Notes under the pieces: generated by a model
Told to the model about the DNA's origin: nothing
The model's input: only the letters and a program-made list of their open reading frames with translations
Databases searched by the model: none
Position numbers and translations under genes: made by a program
Assembly (NCBI GenBank): GCA_964016885.1
Contig: OZ024743.1
Coordinates: 27,962,001-28,026,000 of the forward strand
Origin: Eledone cirrhosa
Taxonomy: Eukaryota
Length of the DNA stretch: 64,000 nucleotides
Direction of reading: 5' to 3'
Shown here: positions 52,977 to 64,000 of the stretch, one piece after another
Position numbering within the stretch: position 1 is the stretch's first letter
How the letters are laid out: each line of letters begins with the position of its first letter

Positions 52977-55554
52977 ATGGAAATGCGGGTATAAAGAATT
53001 TATTAGGTAACAATTGTTTCTATAGTGTATGGGTTACCTATACCTCGCTATTTGAATAATATAAAAATATTATCATAAACCGAAGGTACACTGTAAGCAA
53101 ACACACCATGTCGTCAGACCTTTGTATTGGAATGATATGAAAATATTTTATACACTAGATAAAAGAGAAAGAAGGAGGTAGGGAGAGAAGGGGAAGAGGG
53201 AAGTGAGTAAGGTGGAGGGAGTCCTAAGATTTAAGACTGTCAGACTAGTAGAGATTGTAAGGAGAGAATGTTTTGGCAGCAGTTAGCTTAATGAGGCGTG
53301 TTAGGGTTGGCGGGGGAAGTAAATTCTTCTAGTGGTGTTGTTCGGACAAAATTTAGTTAAAGGGGTCAAAGTGGTACAGAGTTACAGACAAGTTATTGGG
53401 GCTATTATAGTAGCAGGTTATTTCTAAAGGGGTCCAGAAAACAGTGTTTAGTACTATTATTATAGAAAGCCATATCTTGTGTATAAACATATAAAACAGA
53501 AATTTGCAAACGGTGGTGTAAAAAGGTAACATTATATGCATTTAAAAAAAGAAAAAGTCGTTTTCAAACGATGGTTACAGTATAGTGAACGTTCAATTTT
53601 GCTGTTCAAAAGTTTGTTTACCGACGTTAAAATGCAGTATATCTCCAAATTGGATAATTTGCAGAATCGATGATTTTGCTTATATGCAGGCGCAGCTGCA
53701 ATAATTTACCAAACAAGGGAGAATGCTTGATTGTTCCTCCGGAGCTGCCAGGCTTTATCGGCGAGGGTTGTTACCTAGCGCATTTTCTCGTGCCTGATCG
53801 AAGATCGATGTTGGTATAGGCGAGCTTTGAAAGAAGTTGCGGTACATCCGACGTAATACCATTTGTTGGTTCCGGAATTTATTGTACATCGGTAGACAAT
53901 ATTGCGTGCTAGGCACTGGTTATTCAGTGGGCACGTACCTGGTTTGGTGCAGTTACAATTATTTTTATGTTTTGCAGTAGAATCCTGGATAGTTTGGTGG
54001 GGTTGTAGTTGCGTGTTAGTGCGTTGTATGTTGCTATGCTGGTGCGCTGAGTCATTAGGGATGTACTTATTTAGTATTGCTGAGTTGAGTTTTTTAATTA
54101 GTTGTTCTATGTTAGGTGCAGTGGAGTATGAGAGTCTAATGGTGCGCGAGTTAAAGATTTTATAGTATTTATGTGAAGTTGTAAAGTGTTTATTGATTAG
54201 TGTATAGAATTGTGAGATAATCTTAGTGCTAATAGAAGAATTGTACACGGGGTTATACCATATGTACTCTCTACGTCTGACTCTATTTGCTGGTTTGCAC
54301 CTATTAGTATGCCTATTGATGTGTGTGTGTGGTGCAATACTAGTTCGACTTAGATGTGTTTTATTCATAGTACTTATGTGGTTATCGTCTAGATATTCTA
54401 TTTTCTCGCAGTAACCAGCTTTTTTAAGTGCGTCATTATAATATTCAGCATGCTCGTTGAAGGTCTGCAAATTAGACGACAGTCGGGAGATCCTTATGGA
54501 TATATTTTTAGGGATAGATTTAATAATGGAATGGGGATGATTCGATCAGGCACGAGAAAATGCGCTCCGTAACAACCCTCACCGATAAAGCCTGGCAGCT
54601 CCGGAGGAACAATCAAGCATTCTCCCTTGTTTGGCAAATTATTGCAGCTGCGCCTGCATATAAGCAAAATCATCGATTCTGAAAATTATCCAATTTGGAG
54701 ATATACTGCATTTTAACGTCGGTAAACAAACTTTTGAACAGCAAAATTGAACGTTCACTATACTGTAACCGTCGTTTGAAAACGACTTTTTCTTTTTTTA
54801 AATACATATAATGTTACCTTTTTACACCACCGTTTGCAAATTTCTGTTTTATATGTTTATACACAAGATATGGCTTTCTATAATAATTGTTTCTACTTTA
54901 GGCACAAGGCCAGCAATTATCCAGTGCATTACTGGTACTTTATTTTATCGACCCCGTAAGGATGAAAGGCAAAGTCAACTTCGGCGGGATTTGAACTCAG
55001 ATCGTAAAGGGACGTAACTATGCTGGAAAGCATGGCGTCCGACCCTCTACCGATACTGCCAATCCACATAATAATAGTACTAAACACTGTTTTCTGGACC
55101 CCTTTAGAAATAACCTGCTACTATAATAGCCCCAATAACTTATCTGTAACTCTGTACCACTTTGACCCCTTTAACTAAATTTTGTCCGAACAACACCACT
55201 AGAAGAATTTACTTCCCCCGCCAACCCTAACACGCCTCATTAAGCTAACTGCTGCCAAAACATTCTCTCCTTACAATCTCTACTAGTCTGACAGTCTTAA
55301 ATCCTAGGACTCCCTCCACCTTACTCACTTCCCTCTTCCCCTTCTCTCCCTACCTCCTTCTTTCTCTTTTATCTAGTGTATAAAATATTTTCATATCATT
55401 CCAATACAAAGGTCTGACGACATGGTGTGTTTGCTTACAGTGTACCTTCGGTTTATGATAATATTTTTATATTATTCAAATAGCGAGGTATAGGTAACCC
55501 ATACACTATAGAAACAATTGTTACCTAATAAATTCTTTATACCCGCATTTCCAT
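52977..55554 (-). mobile_element. 5'-truncated PLE (Nematis-like thumb and GIY-YIG) with ~825-bp inverted copy of its 3' part
   Basis: ORF SNHPHSIIKSIP...IWYNPVYN...IRLSYS...CNCTKPGTCPLNNQCLARNIVYRC...YYVG...FKARLYQH. Arms 52977-53802 and 54541-55554 are reverse complements. Confidence 0.88.
54888..55067 (-). mobile_element. Full-length SINE-A inserted in the right arm, TSD ATAATAAT
   Basis: Absent from the left arm (empty site ggctttctATAATAATagtact); duplication at ~54880-54887 and ~55068-55075. Confidence 0.88.
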
Positions 55555-55665
55555 TTCATAAACTTCTCCATATATATATATATATAACGAAGGAAATGTG
55601 GTAAGGAACCAGGTGGACCATAACGCACCAGAGTACTCAATACTTAGGGTAGTAGAGTGGGAAAT

Positions 55666-55775
55666 AGGAAAAAGTATGATCCCGATGGCAGAGCTCAAGC
55701 TGTTTCGACGGCTATTTCTGGACTGAAATAGCCGACGAAACGGCTTGAGCTCTGCCGTCGGGATCATACTTTTTC

Positions 55776-55777
<2 letters not shown>
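55666..55777. repeat. ~53-bp-arm inverted repeat containing hammerhead 3'-half motifs
   Basis: aggaaaaagtatgatcccga...ggctatttc tggact gaaatagcc...tcgggatcatactttttcct; each strand has GAAA c(g/a)gc TT gagc. Confidence 0.85.
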
Positions 55778-55872
<95 letters not shown>

Positions 55873-55980
55873 TACACACATATATATATATGCAGGAGGT
55901 GAGTTTTATTGTAGCACAATAAAGCAATGCAGATATCGGATAAGTAGCACTCAACTGTTTATAGGACTGGAGTATAAATA

Positions 55981-58184
55981 ATATAAAATCAAAAGATGGT
56001 TAAAAGAGTTCCATGTATTTTATTATGCGCATTTCAAAATCAAATATCATCATGGGATGATATTTGCGTTCTCATCAGATAAAATAGGGAGATATGATAT
56101 GAAGCTTAAAAAACACTTGCGAGCAGTGAAGTGTCAAATCAACATATGAAAAATAAAATTAGAGGGATATATGAGATTGGAAAAAAAGAAAGGAAGGAGG
56201 AAAGAAAGGTAAGGAAGAGGAAGAAGAAATATAGATAGAAGAAAAAAAAATAATAAGGAAAGGATGACGGAAGAGGAGTATAGGAAGGAAGGATGAGAGA
56301 GGAGGAGAAAATGAGTGACAGAGAAAGAGAAAGTTAACCTTTAATACTGAGAAACAATGTCTTCACATATTTATAGTAAGATCTTTAATAAGCATACAAT
56401 TAAATTCTCTTATTCCACTACTTCCAACATCTCTAACATTATCTCCAAACATAATACTAAAATATTAAATAATAAATCATATCCATCCAACACTGAGCGT
56501 CATAATAATAACAATAGTAAGCCCGACGTTAATGTTAACTCTCGGCTAGATTCCGTAAATTTAAATACGACGTCAGACGCAACTTTGTCGAATGTTCATA
56601 ATACCAATCCAAATCAGGAAACTTTAGCACCTATCGTAAATAACTTCTCCAATGCAATTCCTTCTATAAATAATACTGGGTCACTTGCTAATAACTCTGG
56701 TAATTACTCTAATCGTAATTGCAATTGCCCTATTAGAACTAAATGTCCTCTTAGTAACCAATGTCTTGATAAAAATTTAGTGTATGAATGTAAGGTTATA
56801 ACTGGTACTAATTCTTTTACCTACTTTGCCTCCACTTCCACTTCCTTTAAAGCAAGATTTTATAATCATAATTCTTCTTTTAGATACCCATTTAAAAGAA
56901 CTAACACAACACTCTCAGAACTCATATGGTCCTTAAAGGACAAAAATATTAACTACAACATTTCTTGGAGAAAGGTTTGCAACGCCTCTCCTTACCTAGC
57001 GGAGAAATTTACCATTATCTCTAATTTTAATTCTATAATAAATAGACGTACGGATTTATTTTCGCTCTGCTTGCATAAATCCCATAGAACTTTCCATAAA
57101 GTATACAGCTAATATCTTACTAGATAATTAGTTTAAAATCTTTTTCTCAAACACCTTTATATTTTTTACAAATATACCCATCTTTCTACCTTATTTCAGT
57201 ATATTATACAATATTACTCATACTATGTCGTTAGCGGTCCCCTAATTTTCTTCTTTTTTTAATTTCTAATCTTTAATTTGCAACTTTTACTTCTCAATTA
57301 CTTCTTAATTCATCTTATAACTCACTATAGCATTTTCCTTATATTCTCGGCCATACAAATTTTTATTTTTAATATATACTAATATTACCATTAGAGAAAT
57401 TTTGCAAACATTTTTTTCTGACGTTATATATTTTTTTTCTTCTTTGAATTTTTTCTTTCTTCTCTCTTTCCATGCTCGGATTAACTCTATTATTTACTTT
57501 TTCCTATTACAATATATTGAAACAAACTCGGACCCTAATTAATTCCTCTAACTTTATAATTCATTTAACCTTATTTTCATTCACCTTATCTTCTTAATAT
57601 CTTTTATTTTAATAATACATTTTAATAAATTCCTTTTTCGCACATATTACCCTTCAATATATAAACCTTAAATAAATAGTATTCTTAATTCCTTTTTCTT
57701 TAATCATAGACATCACCATTCATAAACCTCATTAACTTTTAATTTCATAATTTTTTTAAATTATGTATTATCTTACAACGATTTTTTTAAATTTTTATCT
57801 CTGAGACAGTGTTTCTCAGTATTAAAGGTTATTTCTCTCTCTCTCTCACTCATTTTCTCCTCCTCTCTCATCCTTCCTTCTTATACCCCTCCTCCGTCAT
57901 CCTTTCCTTATTATATTTTTTTTCTTCTATCTATATTTTTTCTTCCTCTTCCTTACCTTTTCTTTCCCCCTTTCTTTCCTTTTTTCTAATCTCATATATC
58001 CCTCTAATTTTATTTTTCATATGTTGATTTAACACTTCACTGCTCGCAAGTATTTTTTAAGCTTCATATCATGTCTCCCTATTTTATCTGATGAGAACGC
58101 AAATATCATCCCATGATGATATTTGTTTTTGAAATGCGCATAATAAAATACATGGAACTCTTTTAACCATCTTTTGATTTTATA
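55981..58184 (+). mobile_element. Second 5'-truncated Nematis-like PLE with ~380-bp inverted copy of its 3' end
   Basis: ORF 56357-57112: KIFNKHTIKFSYS, CNCPIRTKCPLSNQCLDKNLVYEC, FKARFYNH, TTLSELIWSLKD. 55981-56362 is the inverse of 57804-58184. Confidence 0.88.
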
Positions 58185-58202
58185 TATATATATATATATA
58201 TA

Positions 58203-58815
58203 CATGGTGGCTGCCAACTCGTTTTCGAGTACGGCCACTGCTTTATATCCATGTAAGAGAACTCCTACCGATGCGCTGAACGAGTGTGACTTTTTAGTCC
58301 AGCCAGTGATTTGAAAACTCTGGTACAAACACTACACTTGTGACAATTATTGACACATAGTGCTGGGCCCATGGTACCATGTGACAACAAGTGCAGAGAG
58401 ATCTCCAGATATAAAGCAATGCCTGTGCCGTGAAGCTTTTATAGTGAGCAAAGGCACTGCACAAAGCCAGTCCCACTCTCATAACCAAGATGATATTTAC
58501 CAAAAAGAAGAACAAGTCAACATCATTGGATATCATCAGGGTTGCAGGTGTCATATCAGAGTTTTCCTTCTCCTAGAATTCTGCCTTGACAAAGGCTAAG
58601 GGCTCATCTCTCCCGGTGATTTTTGGATGGCCATTGACTCTTAAGAGCTCTTTGCCCTTTGCCAGGTTTTATTTTTAGTTCTGCAGGATGTCCAAAGTCA
58701 CCCTCCTCACCAAGAAACCTTGGTGGGGTTGCCAGTTTAGTCGCCAACGACCCGACCATGAGACAGGTTGTACTGGGATACATGTTACCAGTAGCACCAA
58801 CTGGTGACCTGACAT
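58203..58815 (-). mobile_element. Second bipartite non-autonomous RTE family
   Basis: RTE-type 5' UTR motif CCTTAGCCTTTGTCAAGGCAGAATTCTAGGAGAAGGAAAACTC and 3' end GGCCGTACTCGAAAACGAGTTGGCAGCCACCAT; no RT. Confidence 0.65.
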
Positions 58816-58893
58816 AAATATACATATATATATACATACACACATATATATATATACACACTGGTTTCCTCCGATTCAACTCGGAATAACTTT

Positions 58894-59031
<138 letters not shown>

Positions 59032-59469
59032 ATAAATGTTACGGATAATAGCGACAAATTATCAAACCCTACCACTTGTACATTTTGGACAGACTTTGTT
59101 ATACGGCTAACTTTTCCAAGTAGCATATGACTGCATAATAATGGGCACACTTCAAAAAGTGTATGTAAAGTGCATTCAAATTAAAAAATCTTCATCATTA
59201 CCTAATCTTAAATGGTAATTTTTTCTGTGTAAGACTACTGTATAGAAAACAAAACGAATATACCTATATACAAACTCCAAACGAATATACCTAAATTAAA
59301 ACATCAGTTACTAAAATGAGTAGAAGAAAGCTCTATATTCAATCACGTGGTGTATCTATGACGATGAGAGATTAAAAAGAAACATTCTAGTGTGATCAGT
59401 GTGGCATGCTGGAGAAGATTTCTGCTGTACAAATATCATTTTAGCACCTCCATGTTTCGTTATACGTAA

Positions 59470-59947
59470 CTAGCAGAAAAACCACCCTTCGGATGGTTTT
59501 CTGCTAGCATGTGTAGCGTATATATTGATATTATACGCAAGTATATATGCATGTAGATATGATACATCAAATAACATCGTAAATGATAATATACACAGGA
59601 ATTGAACGAAGACTGCGTTACACTCTCTTATGCAATGAGTAACGTAATCCATGATACATTAAAAAAGACGATATTATACATAAACTGCATTAGGAGAAAA
59701 TTAGTGACGGAAATGAATGTTTATTTAAGCGATCGCTAACCGGAAGTGTTGACATTTGAAAATTTTAAAGAAGTGAATCTTTAAATAAACAATAAAATAT
59801 ATTTCATCAACAGCTACGACATTTAGTAGATAAATTATGTAATATTCATTCATTATTTATTCAAAGTAATCCAATTCATTTTACTTATGGGATAACAAAT
59901 TATAAACCGTACGCAGTCCCTCACTCCTTACTTTATTATAGTTTAGA
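59470..59947 (-). mobile_element. Non-autonomous Helitron-like element
   Basis: Minus strand A|TC ... CTAG|T, with terminal hairpin ctagcagaaaaaccacc..tggttttctgctag related to 297-327. Confidence 0.5.
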
Positions 59948-60629
59948 TGTGTTATCCTGTCTGTAGTCAGAAAATATTTTTGAAGGTATGATTTTAAAAG
60001 ACTGGATAGACCAATGTATAATTTTAAAAGATTGGGTAGATGACCACTCAGAGCCGGGATAATTTGTAAAACTTTAGACGTACTGGGTATTTATACTTTT
60101 TTTCATTTCGTTTTATATTAATTTCAGCCATTAGAATGTGGCTATGCTGGGGCATCGTTTTTTCATAATCTGAAGAAGTGGATATGTTGAATATGTCTAT
60201 TTTATAGTATCTTTTGTACATCTAGCTCGATGAAATCTGCTCCGGAACGTGTAACTGGACAGTCACTTTTAAAATTCTCTTAGTGTTGTCTGAAATGTAT
60301 AGCCTTACACACGCTGAGGAACCGAGGTTATTCCATTTCTGTCAACAACTTACTGGCGAAATAGATCTCTTTGGATTTGTACGTGTGTTATATAGTTATA
60401 GAGGTATTTATTTACACTTTAATTTATATTTTTAATTATCGTGTCTATAGTCTGCCTTTCATAGGTTATAGATTCCATACACTGGTGGTTTTTTCCCTGT
60501 TTTATTGATAGCGCACTGTATATCTCTCTCTGGTGTGTTACCTTTTCAACATATTGATCTCAGGATTTCTTCTCCTTTGAACACATTATTTACAGGGAAT
60601 GGCGAGGCTCTATGTCTCCGTTAATTTAT

Positions 60630-60703
<74 letters not shown>

Positions 60704-61300
60704 TTAGGATTAATCAGGAACACTATTCTAGCCATCGGCAAATGAACATTTTGGGGGAATTAGCTAAACGTCCAATAGAAATATCGGTAATATAAAATGA
60801 AGACCAAGTTCTAACGATGTAATGATAGTAATATCCAGGAACACGCATGTAATTGTAATGCGGAAAAAATATTTGTCTTTTTTATGATAAATAGCTTAAA
60901 AATCATTTAACATTTCTGAAATTGTATCTGAGATGAATAGCGAAAAATATGAAATATGTACGTCGGAATGAGTGAAGATAGTTGAAAAGCCATTTCATTA
61001 ATCATACCTTCAAGTATGAAAATAAGGAAAACGAAAAAAGAATTTCATAGATTCTTGAAAATAATTACCAAGTTTAAGAGAGCAAAATTTGAAATATATA
61101 AATACAAATGAACCCATACCATCAATAATGAGGCTTATAGCGATGAACGTATTTAATTTTTGAAGTTCAGGATTGGTATGCTATATATACAGTGATTAGC
61201 GGATATATGTGCAATCATACAAACTGGAAAGTTTACATTTTGATAAATAATAGTTTGCATAAGAGAAACCCTATAGTTTATGTTAATTACTAAAACATTA

Positions 61301-61540
61301 GAATGCCCGTCGGGCTGAGGAGGCCAAACTCTCCAAATACCGGTCACTCTGCGACAGGTTTGCGGTCGTACCCTTGGCAGTGGAGACTTCTGGTATCCTC
61401 GGTCCTAGGGCTATCTCCCTATTCACCACCATAGGCGCTGAGCTGGCCAGCCGCAGATGTGAGCCTCCCTTGCCGTCCTCCAGGGAAACGCCTTCTCCAT
61501 TCTGTCCACCGGGGCTGTGGTGAGCCCACCAATATGATTG
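61301..61540 (+). mobile_element. 3' fragment of a CRE-clade RLE retrotransposon
   Basis: ARRAEEAKLSKYRSLCDRFAVVPLAVETSGILGPRAISLF...LAVLQGNAFSIL; GC-rich island. Confidence 0.72.
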
Positions 61541-61980
61541 ACTGACTTGTCATTTTATCAGTCAACTGTTGCTGTCGTTAGATAACTAGGTATCTGTAGA
61601 TGAACTACTTTGATACTCGATTGGTTCAATTATCCCATCATCATCATAATCAGTCTATCCTCGAAGTAACGCCTGTCCATTAAATGTATGAGTAACTTTG
61701 GAGAAATAACTATATACATGGAAAAAAATCTACGGTTAGAAGCCAGGACCTTGTGATTAGAGAGCGAACTTTGTATTGTAATAGCATAAACGAGATAGAA
61801 ATGCACTGTGTCTATGTGCGTGTAAGAGCTTCAAACCAATATAAATGTGCATGTTTTCCTTCGGTTGTAACGTTTTTTGAATTATTTACTTATGCGTCGA
61901 CAGATTGATTTTTCTCAGTTTCAGAAGATCCCGTAAAAGGTTGAAAGCAGCGATTTTTTCCTTAAGCTGTAATCTGTAAT

Positions 61981-61981
<1 letters not shown>

Positions 61982-62040
<59 letters not shown>
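61982..62040. repeat. (TAA)n tract at the 3' end of the Tx1-like LINE
   Basis: Direct reading. Confidence 0.95.
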
Positions 62041-62041
<1 letters not shown>

Positions 62042-64000
62042 TTTTCTTTATTAACCAAAAGGGTTTACATAAAGTAGATATTAAGGACAGTACAGGACAA
62101 TACAGGATGGTACAAATGGGCATTTCTGCGTGTAAAAAAAAACAGAGGATGTAATAAAATAACAAAGAAAAATTCCCCAGTAGGGGGGAGACTTCCGAGG
62201 GACATTTGTGGAGAAAGCCCATTAAAAGACCACAGTGGCCCTGACCACCAGGGCAAGTGCCCTCTCCCAGTTTTCCACCTTTAATTTACAGACACATACT
62301 CAGAGAAGGCCCATTCATTCGGGCCATACTTGTTTCTCTCACCCATCTTTCAACAAAATGCTGGGAAGAGAGCACTTCCCTCTCTACCCTGATTTTCCTT
62401 TTCAGATGAAATTTGAAAAAGTTAATCAGGGCATCACCGAAGAGGTAAGTGCTCGTCTTCAGCCCTTTCAAACGTGTCCACCATACTATCTCTTTCGCCA
62501 TGGCCACCAGACAGATAAAAACTGCCTGCCCTTCCCGGCTAAAGGAAGAGGGCGGGGCAATCCTCACGATGGACTCAGCTGATAGCTGGATCCGTCCTAC
62601 ACGTGACAGCAGGTGTTCGACATAAACCCACAAGTCAGCAATGCTCGGACACTGGACGAGTGCGTGCAGGTCGGTTTCGTCGCCCTGCGCGCATCTCGGA
62701 CATGCCCGGCTGACGGCACCTCCATGCCTGTAAAGTTTATCCCGAACTGGCAAATCACCCCGGTAGCACTGCCAGGCCAGGAATTTCTGGAAGTTGTCCA
62801 TAGGCCCCGGCCCGAAAGTCCTTCCGAAGAGATTGGCTAGTTGATTTTCGTCGACGCCTAGAGTTTCTCCAAGTACGTCGTCGCTCTTCCCCTCCACTAA
62901 TCCCCTATAGAACACCAAGGTGGAGTTTCCACCGATCACATTGCCCGATTGGTCGAGGGCTGTGAGCGCCTGAAAACATTCCAGTCTCCAAGCGCTCCCT
63001 CTCGGTCTTCGCTTGACCCAGGACTGCAGCTCCGTCAAGGAGACGAGCTGGGGAAAAACGTGTCTAGCAAACGGCGACCACACCTGATCACCGTCGAGGA
63101 AGAGGTGGAGATGTCGTAGCCTGAGCGCGTGTCTGCGCATCATCAGCCACGGCATGCCCAGCCCTCCACGTAGCGGGTGTTGACAGCAGATGGACCGCCT
63201 GACCATCGGAGCGCGTCCCTTCCACAAAAAGCGAAAGAGCAAACGTTCCAGCGCAGTCAGGTGGGGCTTAGGACAAGGTACGACGGTCAGGCGGTAGTAG
63301 ATGACGGACGCGATGTACGCGTTAGCCACCTCCGCTCGACCTTTCAGGGATAGCTTCCTCTCGGCCCATTTCTGGGTGAGAGAAGCCACCCTGCTCGTCA
63401 CCTCGTCCCAGTTTTTGTCCGTCTGGAGGTCCGGACCGAACCAGACCCCTAGCAATTTAACCGGTCCGTCCGTCCAGCGCCCGACGACGCTGTTGGACGG
63501 CATGGACCTGCCTCTCCAGGTGCCGAGCTGCAGGCCCACTGACTTTTCCTGGTTGATCATTGCTCCTGTCACCGCTTCGTATTGTCTTAGTGTAGTGCCG
63601 ATCGCCTCGATGTGTTTGGCGTTCAACACCACTACGGTGACATCGTCCGCATATGCTGACACGGATCTTCCGCATCCTAGTTCGCGCAGGACCCCCCTCA
63701 ACGTCTCCAGTTTGTGCAGTAATGGCTCGAGAATCAATACGTGCAAGAGGGAAGATAGGGGACATCCTTGGCGGACCGAGCGCATGATGTTGCACGGTTC
63801 CGAAAGGTGACCGTTCACTCTCACCACAGAGCAGATGTCGCTGTGCATGGCAGCGATCCAGCCTCTGAAGACGGGCCCAAAGCCAGCCGCCCTCAGGACT
63901 GCCGCTAGGTAACGATGGTCGACCCTATCGAAGGCTTTCGACTGATCTTAATTTATCAAAGATCCACCTGTGCCAGGTTCCCTAGCTACCCTCTCTACGA
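62041..64000 (-). mobile_element. L1/Tx1-like LINE, ORF2 RT to C-terminal Zn finger and 3' UTR; continues off the right edge
   Basis: DQSKAFDRV, SVRQGCPLS, AYADD, KLLGVWF, GGLGM and CPRCAQGDETDLHALVQC; one in-frame stop near 63948; AATAAA before the (TTA)n tail. Confidence 0.92.

Noticed and set aside
60165-60370. Additional hammerhead-like cores (CTGAAGA at ~60170, CTGAGGA...GAAA at ~60314-60361)
   Set aside because: Stems I and II cannot be formed convincingly; at best decayed relics.
62235-63810. Plus-strand ORFs opposite the Tx1-like ORF2
   Set aside because: Antisense shadow ORFs of a GC-rich coding sequence.

Overview
AT-rich, microsatellite-rich animal genomic DNA. The SINE and repeat content suggests a coleoid cephalopod such as an octopus; this is inference, not proven. 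The only host gene is the 5' part of NAT10 (RNA cytidine acetyltransferase) on the minus strand: a probable non-coding first exon near 14.0 kb and ten coding exons from 11747 to 2147 (373 codons). The gene runs off the left edge. The other ~50 kb is nested mobile DNA: a near full-length decayed Penelope-like element (PLE, 39.8-43.8 kb), two 5'-truncated PLEs with long inverted terminal copies, RTE, R4/Dong-like, CRE-like and Tx1/L1-like LINEs, bipartite non-autonomous RTEs, Helitron relics, MITEs and many tRNA-type SINEs. The most notable hidden signal is a set of minimal hammerhead-ribozyme motifs from at least five unrelated sequence families. They sit in PLE-type termini next to (TA)n tracts, and several are folded into inverted repeats that break at or inside the ribozyme. 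Most ORFs in the supplied track are microsatellite artefacts.
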